In this document: positions 26,305 to 35,439 of the stretch, in pieces
How positions within the stretch are numbered: position 1 is the stretch's first letter
How the letters are laid out: each line of letters opens with the position of its first letter
Assembly (NCBI GenBank): GCA_045539815.1
Contig: JAZQGC010000010.1
Location: 27,583 to 91,582 of the forward strand
From: Candidatus Enterousia sp.
Lineage (GTDB): Bacteria; Pseudomonadota; Alphaproteobacteria; Rs-D84
Direction of reading: 5' to 3'
DNA: 64,000 bases
Position numbers and translations under genes: made by a program
Notes under the pieces: model-generated
Databases searched by the model: none
The model's input: the letters and a program-made list of their open reading frames with translations, nothing else
Told to the model about the DNA's origin: nothing

Positions 26305-27069
26305 TTATTCGTCACTTTTCAAGATATTTTGAACATTTTGTAATGCGTTCCAAACATCTCGTTTTGCGGCGGGCTTTAAAATCAAATAATTTGGGTGATA
26401 TATTGGCACAAAAATAATATTATTATCCATTGTTACGGGGACGCCGTGTGATTTTGCCAGATTTATATTTTGCATTTCTGTTGCCGGCAATGTCCCCAGG
26501 GATAAAATAACCTTGGGTTTTATCAGTTCTATTGCCTTGTTTACAAACGGTCGCGCCATATCCAGTTCTGTGCGTGATGGTGTTCTGCCACCTGGGGTTC
26601 GCCAGAAAATCATTGGCACAATGGATACTTGGTTGCGCCCCAGACCAATTGCCCCCAGCATTTTATCCATTAAATCCCCGGCTGTTCCGGTCAGTATTTG
26701 TCCTGATGCATCGTCATCACTGCTGGGGATATCTGTCAGAATCAACATTTTTCCATTGCCGACATGTGGTAGAACGGTGTTTGTTGCGCTGGTACGCAGT
26801 GGGTGGTTAAATTCTGTTATCATGCGTTTCAGCGATTCCATGTCGGTTGGTCTGTCTGCCATCGCGCGCACAGTTTCAACAGATATTGTTTGTACGGGTG
26901 CGATTGGCGGCACCAGATTTGCCTGGGTTTTCAGTATTTCGTTCAGATTATTATTTTGTTGTGTACCAGCGGGCTTGTTTTGTTGAATATTTTTCGTGGT
27001 TATTGGCGTTTCTGCCAGTTCCCACTTGACGCCGGCTAATTCCAAATCGCGTAACGCTTGAAAGGGCAT
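26305..27069 (-). CDS. uracil-DNA glycosylase superfamily (family 4-like) protein with degenerate active-site motifs
   Basis: Colinear with family 4 UDG blocks (AGDLMDKMLGAIGL, WRTPGGRTP, HPNYLILKPAAKRDVW), but motif A reads LTDIPSSDDD and the Fe-S cysteines are absent. Start taken at Met 27069 (track ORF extends to 27123). Confidence 0.6.
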   Translation of the reverse strand: MPFQALRDLELAGVKWELAETPITTKNIQQNKPAGTQQNNNLNEILKTQANLVPPIAPVQTISVETVRAMADRPTDMESLKRMITEFNHPLRTSATNTVLPHVGNGKMLILTDIPSSDDDASGQILTGTAGDLMDKMLGAIGLGRNQVSIVPMIFWRTPGGRTPSRTELDMARPFVNKAIELIKPKVILSLGTLPATEMQNINLAKSHGVPVTMDNNIIFVPIYHPNYLILKPAAKRDVWNALQNVQNILKSDE

Positions 27070-27146
27070 AATTTTGTTTCCTTGATTTTTTAACTGTTTT
27101 ATTGTACAATACAGCACGAGCAACAGAAACTCAAGGGAGTATTTTC

Positions 27147-27560
27147 ATGAAAATAAAAAACTTTGCTTTGTTGGCAGGCGTTGCTGGCTTGCTGGCTGCT
27201 TGTGGCGGTTCGGTTGTTGAACCTGCTGATTTGAATGACCAACGTGTATTCTTTGGTTTTAATTCTGCTGAAATCTCAGAAGATGCAGAAAACAACCTGT
27301 TGGGTCAGTCTTTGTATATGAAAAACCACGAAGATGTAAAAATCCAAATTGCTGGTAACTGCGACGAACGTGGTTCAACAGAATACAACTTGGCATTGGG
27401 TGCACGTCGTGCAAACGCTGCGAAACAAGTTTTGGTAAAAGATGGTATTGATGCAAAACGTATCTCTACAATCTCTTATGGCAAAGAACGTCCATTGGTC
27501 CAGGGTTCTGGCGAAGAAGTTTGGAAATGGAATCGTAACGCCACAACAACAGTTAAATAA
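27147..27560 (+). CDS. pal: peptidoglycan-associated lipoprotein (OmpA-like domain)
   Basis: MKIKNFALLAGVAGLLAAC lipobox, plus NCDERGSTEYNLALGARRANA. The track ORF begins 45 nt upstream at 27102. Confidence 0.85.
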   Translation: MKIKNFALLAGVAGLLAACGGSVVEPADLNDQRVFFGFNSAEISEDAENNLLGQSLYMKNHEDVKIQIAGNCDERGSTEYNLALGARRANAAKQVLVKDGIDAKRISTISYGKERPLVQGSGEEVWKWNRNATTTVK

Positions 27561-27580
27561 TAATTGTTGAAAAAAAGTAT

Positions 27581-27610
27581 AAAAACACCGGTAAATACCG
27601 GTGTTTTTTT
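27581..27610 (+). terminator. intrinsic terminator after pal
   Basis: ACACCGGT-AAAT-ACCGGTGT plus a T-tract. Confidence 0.75.
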
Positions 27611-27638
27611 GTTGGAATTTGGGTTGTTAATAAAATAT

Positions 27639-27669
27639 AAAAAATGCCGGTGTTTACCGGCTTTTTTTT
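27639..27669 (-). terminator. intrinsic terminator after parB
   Basis: GCCGGT-GTTT-ACCGGC flanked by A- and T-tracts. It is an inverted version of the neighbouring pal terminator. Confidence 0.75.
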
Positions 27670-27676
27670 GTGTTTT

Positions 27677-28564
27677 TTATTTAACCAATTTTTCAACCAG
27701 TTCAAACAATTGTGTGCGTGTTGCAAAAGACAGTGTTATTTGCCCTGCCCCGCCCCGTCGTTCAGACAGTTTTGCGGATACGCCCAACGCGCCGGATATT
27801 TTCTTTTCTATATCGCGGACGGTTGCAGAATCAATTGTTTTTTGAATGTGTTTTCTGGTGTTTTTTGCGCGTGGTGCGTTTTTTACCAGTTTATCTGTAT
27901 CTGCCACACTCATGTTATTGGCGATTATTTGATGTGCGATTTCTTCGGGGTTTTCTGCGACTGCGATTGTTCGTGCGTGCGACGCAGATATACGACCTTC
28001 GTTAACCAGTGTTTGCACTGATGCTGGTAACGTGGTCAGGCGCAACATATTTCTGATATAACTTTCAGATTTTCCAATCAATCTGGCAACATCAGGTAAT
28101 TCATAGTCACAACATTCCATCAGATTTTTGTATGCGTCTGCTTCTTCGATTGGTGTCAGGTTTTCGCGTTGGACATTTTCAATCAGTGCAATTTCCATCG
28201 CGTTGTTGTTGTCGATACTTTTTACCAATGCCGGTATTTCATTCAGTCCGGCCAGCTTTGATGCGCGAAAGCGTCGTTCGCCAGCAACAATTTCGTATAT
28301 ATACGGCTTGTTTTTTACACTGCGTAATAATATTGGTTGTAAAACCCCTTTTTCTTTTATGGACGCGGCCAGGTCGGCCAATTCTGCATCTGTAAAGTTT
28401 TTTCTGGGTTGGTCTGGGTTTGCGCCAATTTGCGCCAATGGTATTTGTTTGACAACGACGCGTTCGTTTGGTGTTAACAGGGATATATCAGGGATTGTTC
28501 CGCGTGCTGCTTGCAGGTCTGCTAATCCGCGTCCCAGTCCAAATTTATTTGCCATTTGTATCAC
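27677..28564 (-). CDS. parB: chromosome partitioning protein ParB
   Basis: FGLGRGL N-terminus, ParB box (IVAGERRFRA) and an HTH region. Overlaps parA by 20 nt. Confidence 0.9.
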   Translation of the reverse strand: MIQMANKFGLGRGLADLQAARGTIPDISLLTPNERVVVKQIPLAQIGANPDQPRKNFTDAELADLAASIKEKGVLQPILLRSVKNKPYIYEIVAGERRFRASKLAGLNEIPALVKSIDNNNAMEIALIENVQRENLTPIEEADAYKNLMECCDYELPDVARLIGKSESYIRNMLRLTTLPASVQTLVNEGRISASHARTIAVAENPEEIAHQIIANNMSVADTDKLVKNAPRAKNTRKHIQKTIDSATVRDIEKKISGALGVSAKLSERRGGAGQITLSFATRTQLFELVEKLVK

Positions 28565-29327
28565 CTTCGGTTCTGTTTACAACTTCGGTTGCGACGCGCA
28601 GGTACGCCTGGGCGCCGCTAGAATTAAAATCATAGAACAGGGCGGGTTTGCCGTGGCTTGGGGCCTCGGACACTCGTACATTTCTGGGGACAACGGTTGT
28701 GAATACTTTGTTGCCAAAAACATTGCGTACATCGTCGTCGACGGCGCGTGTTACATTGTATCTGCGTTCGTACATTGTCAGCAGGACGCCCAATATGTCC
28801 AATTTTGGATTCCATTTTTCTTTCACGATTGCGATGGTATCTGTTAATTGTTGTACACCTTCCAGGGCAAAGAATTCGCATTGCAGTGGTATTATAACGC
28901 TGTCTGCCGCGGTTAATGCGTTTATTGTCAGGTATCCCAATGCGGGCGGACAGTCCAGCAAGATGTAATCATAGTGTTCTGCGATTTGTTGTAATGCGTC
29001 GCGCAGGCGAAATTCGCGATTTTCCATATCTAACAGGTCTATGTCTGCGCCGGCCAGTGCCTGGGATGATGGCAGTATATGCATGTTTGGTACAGCAGTT
29101 GTCAAGATGTTGTCTGTGATGTTTGCAGTGCCCATAATAACGCCGTAAATACTTTGTTTATGTGATGCGCGGACGAACCCCAGTCCGGTGCCTGCGTTGC
29201 CTTGTGGGTCTAAATCGATTAATAATACACGCTTTTTTATTGCAGCCAAAGATGCGCCGATATTTATTGCGGTTGTTGTTTTCCCAACGCCACCTTTTTG
29301 GTTTGCAAATGCAATAATTTTTACCAT
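28545..29327 (-). CDS. parA: chromosome partitioning ATPase ParA
   Basis: Deviant Walker A NQKGGVGKTTT. 260 aa. Confidence 0.9.
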   Translation of the reverse strand: MVKIIAFANQKGGVGKTTTAINIGASLAAIKKRVLLIDLDPQGNAGTGLGFVRASHKQSIYGVIMGTANITDNILTTAVPNMHILPSSQALAGADIDLLDMENREFRLRDALQQIAEHYDYILLDCPPALGYLTINALTAADSVIIPLQCEFFALEGVQQLTDTIAIVKEKWNPKLDILGVLLTMYERRYNVTRAVDDDVRNVFGNKVFTTVVPRNVRVSEAPSHGKPALFYDFNSSGAQAYLRVATEVVNRTEGDTNGK

Positions 29328-29433
29328 TTCCTACCCTTCTTGTTTTTTTAAAGAATATAAAAACATATTTGTTCAGTCAAGGTTTTATTGTTTTTGTTGA
29401 TAAAAACACAGTAAAATCAAAAAATTAAAGTTT

Positions 29434-29449
29434 AATTTCATGTGAAATA
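29434..29449. promoter_or_regulatory. parS-like inverted repeat upstream of parA
   Basis: AATTTCATGTGAAATA versus consensus TGTTTCACGTGAAACA (12/16 match, one mismatch in the TTTCACGTGAAA core). Confidence 0.3.
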
Positions 29450-29481
29450 AGATTTTTTTATAAAAATGTTAATAAAAACAC

Positions 29482-29512
29482 AAAAAAATACCGGTGTTTA
29501 CCGGTGTTTTTT
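29482..29512 (-). terminator. intrinsic terminator after rsmG
   Basis: ACCGGT-GTTT-ACCGGT with an A7 tract (T7 on the minus strand). Overlaps the rsmG stop codon. Confidence 0.75.
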
Positions 29513-30068
29513 ATATGAATTTTACTGTAATTATGAATCCGTCACCCGTTTTTGATGGGGTTAATTCATATTTGAACTTATATTTATGTTTTGCATCGGA
29601 AATTTCGGATTCGATTTCCCGGCCTTTTAACAGAAAAAGCCGGCAATTTGTTTTTGCGACATAGTCCATAATTTTGGTCAGTGATGCAAATGCGCGCGCC
29701 GTGAATACAGTTGTTTTTTTATTCAGTTTGTTGTCTTTTATAAAATTTTCGACGCGTCCATGATATACTGTCAGATTGTCCAACCCCAGTTCTTGTTTTA
29801 CAGCAGACAAAAATGCAACTTTTTTACCAATTGATTCAATGCAAGTCACATTCCAACCCAAAATTGCCAGCACAACCCCCGGAAAGCCGGCGCCACTGCC
29901 CAAATCGATTATGTTTACATCGCGTGGCAGAATATCGGCCAGTTGTGCCGAATCGGCAAAGTGACGATTTTTGATATCGTTTAAAGTGCTGGGCGCGACC
30001 AAATTCATTTTTTTTGACCAGTCGCGCAACAGTTTTTCATACTGTTCGAATTTGACATTATTGCTCAT
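29511..30068 (-). CDS. rsmG: 16S rRNA m7G527 methyltransferase RsmG (GidB)
   Basis: 185 aa with the SAM motif IIDLGSGAGFPGVVLAI. Upstream of parAB. Confidence 0.9.
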   Translation of the reverse strand: MSNNVKFEQYEKLLRDWSKKMNLVAPSTLNDIKNRHFADSAQLADILPRDVNIIDLGSGAGFPGVVLAILGWNVTCIESIGKKVAFLSAVKQELGLDNLTVYHGRVENFIKDNKLNKKTTVFTARAFASLTKIMDYVAKTNCRLFLLKGREIESEISDAKHKYKFKYELTPSKTGDGFIITVKFI

Positions 30069-30089
30069 AAGCGCTATTGTAACATAATC

Positions 30090-31709
30090 ATGAAGAAAAT
30101 AGAAAGTTTATTTATCGGCGCCAGTTTATTTTTTATTTTATTGGTTGTCGGTGTGGTGTTGTATCGTTTTGTGGCCATCCCGGGCCAGGGTGGGGCGGTA
30201 TATAATTTTCCTGAATCCAAGTATGGTTCTTTTTTGGCTGCCCAGCATGCGATATATTCAAATGATTTTGAATCTGCGGTTCGTTTTATGGATGTTTTAT
30301 CAGATGTTGAATATCCTGTGGTTTCTAATTCGCGTATTTTATCTGAATTTTTATCTGGGCGCATGCCGTCAGATGTGTCTGTTTTAAAAGAAGACAAGGG
30401 GATTTCTGCGCGTTTTATTTACGATGCATATTTGGTTCAAAATAAACAGTGGACCGAATTTCATGCGCGTCATAAAAACGACAAGTCTGCATTGACTGCG
30501 CCGTTTCGTATATGGTCTGCGATTGCCAACGATTGGCGCACAAATACATTAAAGTATATTGATGGCCTGGCAACTAACGAGGCATGGAAATCATTTGTAC
30601 GCGGTCAAATCTATGCCCAGTTGGGTGATGTTGACCAGGCAGCCCGGCATTTTGCGATGGTTACAACAGATTTTATGAATATAAATGATTATATGTATAT
30701 AATGTCTTTTTATCGTCATCACAACAAGACTGAATTGGCAGATTTATTATATCAGAATTTTACATCGCGTCCTGCGGGGATGTTTTTATCGGATTATGAT
30801 AATATTCCTGATTGGTCGATTTACAGTGGATATGAAAACGCGTTGGCGTTCAGTTTGTTGCAAACAGTATCGCACACCCAGGTATTGATGTATTCTGATA
30901 TGGCGGTATTAATGTTGCGTTTTGCGCAAATTATTGCCCCAGAATTGGCGGCGACAAATAATGTTGTCGATTATTATTTGGGGCAGTATATGTTCAATAA
31001 TTCTGGGGACGGTTCGCGCTTTTTTAAAAATGTCGGTTCATCCAGTCCGTTTTATTTATTTGTTGCGTTGCGTACTTTTGAACAGACAGGGGATGCAGAT
31101 GTATTAAAGCGTGCAGTATCAGAATATCCATTATTTGTTCCTGCGGTGAACAAGTTGGTTGGTTATTATATTCGTACAGGCAATCGTTCGGGCGCATTGG
31201 ATGTTATTCGTCGTGCGTTGTCTGTTGACAGTTTGGACACATCGGGCAGGGCATTTTTTATAAAAAGCAGGGCGCAAATACATTATGCGTTTGGTGATTT
31301 TGATGCGGCGCAGGCAGACATTCGTACCGCATCTGATGTGCTGGCGCCAGATGCAGAAATTGTCGCGTTACAGGCCAAGATTTGGGCCGCACAACAGCGT
31401 GAAATTGAAAACGCGTATAAATATGCAATGACTTTGGTTACGCAAAATCCTGCGGATATAATGGCGTGGGACACATTGGGTGTTGTTGTTGCTGCGCGTG
31501 AAGGGGTGGATGCGGCGCTGGATTTATTATCGCGTGTTGGTGATGTATCTGTAACACATTCTGAATTATTTATGCACATTGGGGACATGTATGCGTCCAA
31601 GGGCGATGTTAACGCGGCCCGCGCCGCATATATGCGTGCAATTGATTTGTCTGATGATGGATTGATAGTTGTCCCTGAAATTGAAAGAAAACTAAGGAAG
31701 CTAAAATGA
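30090..31709 (+). CDS. membrane-anchored TPR-repeat protein
   Basis: 539 aa with an N-terminal TM (LFIGASLFFILLVVGVVL), followed by TPR-like A/Y/L periodic repeats. Confidence 0.6.
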   Translation: MKKIESLFIGASLFFILLVVGVVLYRFVAIPGQGGAVYNFPESKYGSFLAAQHAIYSNDFESAVRFMDVLSDVEYPVVSNSRILSEFLSGRMPSDVSVLKEDKGISARFIYDAYLVQNKQWTEFHARHKNDKSALTAPFRIWSAIANDWRTNTLKYIDGLATNEAWKSFVRGQIYAQLGDVDQAARHFAMVTTDFMNINDYMYIMSFYRHHNKTELADLLYQNFTSRPAGMFLSDYDNIPDWSIYSGYENALAFSLLQTVSHTQVLMYSDMAVLMLRFAQIIAPELAATNNVVDYYLGQYMFNNSGDGSRFFKNVGSSSPFYLFVALRTFEQTGDADVLKRAVSEYPLFVPAVNKLVGYYIRTGNRSGALDVIRRALSVDSLDTSGRAFFIKSRAQIHYAFGDFDAAQADIRTASDVLAPDAEIVALQAKIWAAQQREIENAYKYAMTLVTQNPADIMAWDTLGVVVAAREGVDAALDLLSRVGDVSVTHSELFMHIGDMYASKGDVNAARAAYMRAIDLSDDGLIVVPEIERKLRKLK

Positions 31710-32569
31710 AAACAGGTGTAATTGGTGCGGGCGCATGGGGAACTGCGTTGGCAATTGTTTCTGCGAACAGTGGTAATGATGTTGTTTTATGGTCATATGA
31801 TGGCGAGTACAAGCATTTTGAAGATGTTGATTTTCCACAAAATATAAAAATTTCGCGTGAAATGTCTGATTTGACAGATGTGGACACATGGTTGATTGTT
31901 ACGCCTGCGGCGTATTTCCGTTCGACATTGTCTGTTGCGGCACAGTTTTACAATGGACAACCCATTATTATTTGCACCAAGGGCGCAGAAAGTTCAACCG
32001 GAAAATTCATGTCCGAAGTATTGCGCGATGTTCTGCCGCAATGTAAAAATTTCGGTGTTTTATCGGGGCCACAATTCGCGGCCGAGGTTGCACGCGGTTG
32101 TCCCACAGGTTCCACATTGGCGGGCAATTACGTTGCAATTTCTGCGGGGCAGGCTGCATTAAGTAAACTGTATTTAACCCCCACCAGCGACATTGTCGGG
32201 GCGGAAATTTGTGGTGTTGGCAAAAACGCTGCGTCTTTGATATCTGGTTATAATACGGTTGCCGCCAGTGGTGAAAACGAACGCGCATTAATCTTTACGC
32301 GTGTTTGGAACGAGGTTGTTGATTTGGGTTTGGCGTCTGGTGCGGATGTCAGAACGTTTTTGGGTCTGTGTGGTGTTGGTGATTTATTTTTATCAGCGAC
32401 CAGTCCAACCAGCCGTAACTTTTCTGGTGGAATGTCTATTGCACGTGGCGAAGTGCCACTCGGCACGGTCGAGGGTATTTATGCCTTGTCAGGTTTAATT
32501 GAACGCGCCAAGACCCTGGGGGTATCAACACCTGTTTTATGCGAGATGAAGGAAAAATTAAATATATAA
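31706..32569 (+). CDS. gpsA: NAD(P)H-dependent glycerol-3-phosphate dehydrogenase (short form)
   Basis: MKTGVIGAGAWGTALA Rossmann N-terminus, plus GPQFAAEVA and GVGDLFLSATS blocks. 287 aa. Confidence 0.8.
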   Translation: MKTGVIGAGAWGTALAIVSANSGNDVVLWSYDGEYKHFEDVDFPQNIKISREMSDLTDVDTWLIVTPAAYFRSTLSVAAQFYNGQPIIICTKGAESSTGKFMSEVLRDVLPQCKNFGVLSGPQFAAEVARGCPTGSTLAGNYVAISAGQAALSKLYLTPTSDIVGAEICGVGKNAASLISGYNTVAASGENERALIFTRVWNEVVDLGLASGADVRTFLGLCGVGDLFLSATSPTSRNFSGGMSIARGEVPLGTVEGIYALSGLIERAKTLGVSTPVLCEMKEKLNI

Positions 32570-32580
32570 AACAAATACAA

Positions 32581-32610
32581 AAAGACACCGGCATTTGCCG
32601 GTGTTTTTTT
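32581..32610. terminator. bidirectional intrinsic terminator (gpsA / Yip1-like convergent)
   Basis: ACACCGGC-ATTT-GCCGGTGT plus T7. Confidence 0.75.
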
Positions 32611-33205
32611 AAACTAAACACGCCAATGTCGCGCCAGTATTTTTTAACATAAACCAGCCGATTCGATAATCTGTTGCATATATCGTTCCGATAAACAGTG
32701 CCAATATTGCAATAACCATTATTACATAAGAACGCTTGCCGCGCATGCAATACAGCGATATGTTGTAAAACAAGAATAATATATATGCATCAACCAACAG
32801 ACTGATAATCCACATAGATGTACAATTAAACGCCAACGCATTTAAAACCAGTATCACCGGATATATAAAGAATATGGATGCCAATCCTTTGATTGCAATT
32901 TCCCAGTCGCGTTCGCCACCTGTTATTTCTGATACCAACATCATCAGACCGCCCATTACGAATAATAATGTGACCGCCAGCACAGGAACAATAATAATCG
33001 CAGTAAATATTGAACCAAATGTTATTGTCGCGCCACCAACCAGACGTATTACCAGTACCAAAATACCACCCAACAATCCGTATAAAAACGCCTTTAACAT
33101 AGATTCTTCCAGGTTTCCATCTGCCACAATTTTTGTAAAATATCGTTTTGGATTAACGATTACATTGCGAACATGTGTAAAAGCATTTTTTATTTTTTTC
33201 TTCAT
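32609..33205 (-). CDS. Yip1-domain-like multi-pass membrane protein
   Basis: 198 aa with a soluble basic N-terminus (NPKRYFTKIVADGNLEESMLKAF) followed by 5 TM segments, a Yip1/DUF1282-like architecture. Confidence 0.45.
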   Translation of the reverse strand: MKKKIKNAFTHVRNVIVNPKRYFTKIVADGNLEESMLKAFLYGLLGGILVLVIRLVGGATITFGSIFTAIIIVPVLAVTLLFVMGGLMMLVSEITGGERDWEIAIKGLASIFFIYPVILVLNALAFNCTSMWIISLLVDAYILFLFYNISLYCMRGKRSYVIMVIAILALFIGTIYATDYRIGWFMLKNTGATLACLV

Positions 33206-33271
33206 TGCGTCGCCCTTTATTTGATTATTTATATTTTTGCTTTATAATTACAAAAAATCAACGGAAAAAAA

Positions 33272-34615
33272 ATGATAAAGATAACAATTGCCGGACGTCC
33301 AAATACTGGTAAGTCCACATTATTTAATGCCCTGACGGGTACGCGTGACGCGTTGGTTCATGACCGACCCGGGGTAACGCGCGACACAATCAGTGGTGTA
33401 TTTCGTAATCGACCATATACGCTGTATGACACGGCGGGGCTGGAAAATGCGCGTTCTGGGATTGCGTTGGATTCAACAAATATGGCGATTGACGCCATTT
33501 CATCCAGTGATGCTGTTTTATTTGTTGTTGATGGTCGTGTTGGTCTGACCAATGAAGACCTGGATTGGGCGCGTTTGGTTCGCCGCAAGACACGTGCGCC
33601 AGTATTATTATTGGTTAACAAAAGCGAATCGGACAAGCGTTTATCAAATGTGCATGATTTTTACAAATTGGGTTTTGGTGAACCGGTTTTAATATCAGCA
33701 GAACACAAACGTGGATTTGATTTGATTTATGATTTTTTGGATCGTGTTTCTGGGATTGATATGGATGGGGATATGCCGACGCAATCTGATGTGCAATCTG
33801 ATGGGCGTATTAAAATTGCGATATTGGGTCAGCCAAATGTTGGAAAGTCGACATTTGTAAATCGTGTTTTGGGTGAAAAACGCCAGATTGTTATGGATGC
33901 ACCTGGGGTTACGCGTGACACGGTCAAGATTCCAACGCGTTTTTATGGTCGTGATATTGTTTTAATGGATACTGCGGGCTTGCGTCGCAAGGCGGGGGTT
34001 ACAGATGATGTTGAAACATTATCTGCATTAAAATCATTGGATGCCATTGACAAGGCTGATGTTGTTATTTTAATGGTGGATGCCACCAGAAACATTGAAA
34101 ATCAGGCATTGGGTATTGCATCGCGTGTATATAATGCGGGTAAAATATTGTGTGTGGCGTTAAACAAATGGGATTTGGTTGAACCGCAATTACGGGACGA
34201 AAAGTTATTAAAATTAAAACATCAGTTTTCTAATTCTTTTCATCAGATTATAAAGCCAATGATTTTGGCAGTGTCTGCTGAAACGGGTACTGGTGTTCAG
34301 AATATGTTCCGCAGAATTTACGAACAATGGGATATATCTATGGCCCAGGCACCAACCAGTTTAATAAACAGAATTATTGAAAAATTGGTTAATGACCGCC
34401 AACCGCCATTATCACGGTTAAAGCGTCCGATGAAAATAAAATTTGCGCGTCAAACGGGGCGCCATCCGATGCGTATTACGATAAATGTTGGTGGCGCGTC
34501 AGATATCCCAGAATCATATACGCGTTATTTGCGTCGTGGTTTGGCGACTGCGTTAAAATGGGAACATCTGCCGATTGTGATTGAATACGACAAGGCAGAA
34601 AATCCATATGAATAA
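33272..34615 (+). CDS. der: ribosome-associated GTPase Der (EngA)
   Basis: Two tandem GTPase domains (GRPNTGKST ... DTAG ... NKSE; GQPNVGKST ... DTAG ... NKWD) and a KH-like C-terminus. Confidence 0.95.
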   Translation: MIKITIAGRPNTGKSTLFNALTGTRDALVHDRPGVTRDTISGVFRNRPYTLYDTAGLENARSGIALDSTNMAIDAISSSDAVLFVVDGRVGLTNEDLDWARLVRRKTRAPVLLLVNKSESDKRLSNVHDFYKLGFGEPVLISAEHKRGFDLIYDFLDRVSGIDMDGDMPTQSDVQSDGRIKIAILGQPNVGKSTFVNRVLGEKRQIVMDAPGVTRDTVKIPTRFYGRDIVLMDTAGLRRKAGVTDDVETLSALKSLDAIDKADVVILMVDATRNIENQALGIASRVYNAGKILCVALNKWDLVEPQLRDEKLLKLKHQFSNSFHQIIKPMILAVSAETGTGVQNMFRRIYEQWDISMAQAPTSLINRIIEKLVNDRQPPLSRLKRPMKIKFARQTGRHPMRITINVGGASDIPESYTRYLRRGLATALKWEHLPIVIEYDKAENPYE

Positions 34616-34639
34616 ATACCGGCGTTTGCCGGTGTTTTT
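34614..34639 (+). terminator. intrinsic terminator after der
   Basis: ACCGGC-GTTT-GCCGGT plus a T-tract. Confidence 0.7.
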
Positions 34640-34698
34640 ATGGTGTTGCAGATGTTTTTTTTGCGTGTTATAATGCCCTTGTTACAAGAGAATGTTTC

Positions 34699-35421
34699 AT
34701 GAAGAAAAAATCAGAAATAATTATATCTTTACAGGATATAAATAAAAGTTTTCCGCTGGAATTAGGTGGCGCACAACAGGTTTTATTTGACATTAATTTT
34801 GACATAAAGTCTGGTGAGTTTGTTGCGATTATGGGGCCGTCTGGTTCTGGTAAATCAACATGTATGAATATTATTGGCGCATTGGATACACCGTCGTCTG
34901 GGATTTATCAATTATATGGGCGTGATGTTACGGGGCTGTCTGCGGACGAATTGGCGACTGTCAGAAATGAACATATTGGATTTGTTTTTCAACAGTTTAA
35001 TTTGTTGCCAAAGCGCAGTGTTCTGGACAATGTTATGTTACCTTTAATGTACCGCGGCATGCCGATGGAAGAACGTATTCGTCGTGCACGCGATATGTTG
35101 CGTCGTGTTGGTTTGGAAAAATTTGAATCATATTTACCGACACAGTTATCAGGCGGTATGAAACAGCGTGTTGCGATTGCGCGCGCGTTGGCGGGCAATC
35201 CTAAATTAATTTTGGCTGACGAACCCACGGGTGCGTTGGACAGTAAAATGGGTAACGAGATATTACAGTTCTTTAAACAGCTGAACCAGGAAATGGGTAT
35301 AACAATTGTGATGATTACACATGAATTTGATATTGCCAAATACGCAGACAGATTGATTCATATTCGTGATGGTCGTATCAATTATGATGGCCGTGTTCCG
35401 CGCGATGACCGTAATTTATAA
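34699..35421 (+). CDS. ABC transporter ATP-binding protein (MacB/LolD type)
   Basis: Walker A GPSGSGKST, signature LSGGMKQRVAIARAL, Walker B LILADEPTGALD. Confidence 0.85.
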   Translation: MKKKSEIIISLQDINKSFPLELGGAQQVLFDINFDIKSGEFVAIMGPSGSGKSTCMNIIGALDTPSSGIYQLYGRDVTGLSADELATVRNEHIGFVFQQFNLLPKRSVLDNVMLPLMYRGMPMEERIRRARDMLRRVGLEKFESYLPTQLSGGMKQRVAIARALAGNPKLILADEPTGALDSKMGNEILQFFKQLNQEMGITIVMITHEFDIAKYADRLIHIRDGRINYDGRVPRDDRNL

Positions 35422-35439
35422 TCAGGGCAGGGGGGATTT

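Noticed and set aside
27677-30068. Replication origin near rsmG-parAB (a DnaA-box cluster).
   Set aside because: I found no cluster of TTATCCACA-like boxes in the 29328-29510 spacer or elsewhere in the window. Only isolated partial matches occur, and they lie inside genes.
30074-30397. 107-aa minus-strand ORF overlapping the start of the TPR protein gene.
   Set aside because: It is antisense to a better-supported 539-aa ORF that has a TM segment and repeats. It has no start-site signals.
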